Part shown: positions 63,870-64,000 of the stretch, piece by piece
Layout of the letters: every line of letters starts with the position of its first letter
How positions within the stretch are numbered: the stretch's first letter is position 1
NCBI GenBank assembly: GCA_037379345.1
Contig: CM074514.1
Span: 744,001 to 808,000 of the forward strand
From: Perna viridis
Lineage: Eukaryota
Length of the DNA: 64,000 nucleotides
Reading direction: 5' to 3'
The notes under the pieces: generated by a model
What the model saw: only the letters and a program-made list of their open reading frames with translations
What the model was told of the DNA's origin: nothing
The model's database searches: none
Translations under genes and position numbers: made by a program

Positions 63870-63964
63870 TTACTTTTGTGTGTGTCTGTTTTCCATGTCT
63901 GTTGTTTATCCCTGGATTACATTCTTTTGATTTCCGCTAGAATCTTGGTTCCCTTCATTACTCT
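63870..63964 (+). mobile_element. Short 3'-end copy of the Penelope-like family
   Basis: Reverse complement of the terminal block. Confidence 0.7.
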
Positions 63965-64000
63965 TTCAGTAAATGAAGGTAATAACACAGAAAAAAAACT

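Noticed and set aside
62114-64000. Upstream GGH exons (PGG oxyanion-strand region)
   Set aside because: Not found by eye; presumably beyond the window end

Overview
AT-rich animal genomic DNA, most likely molluscan (bivalve-like). I base this on my recollection of Aplysia Slo1 and of bivalve repeat families, not on a database search. The + strand from 3736 to 52902 carries most of a Slo1/BK (KCNMA1/slowpoke) Ca2+-activated K+ channel gene, running from S3 to the C-terminus. Every core exon has GT-AG borders and consistent phases. The gene also has a cluster of candidate cassette exons in the RCK1-RCK2 linker and two paralogous terminal exons. The - strand from 62113 to 55291 carries the last five exons of a gamma-glutamyl hydrolase (GGH) gene, convergent with slo. 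Introns hold many minisatellites, MITEs, SINE pieces and two kinds of Penelope-like retroelement, one ending in a minimal hammerhead ribozyme. The most unusual signal is that several slo introns begin with tandem arrays made from the exon tail plus its own 5' splice site (38936, 42758, 43583) or starting inside the donor (13113). These arrays create stacks of decoy donors. One array has an internal inversion complementary to the real donor and an in-frame, better-consensus alternative donor.
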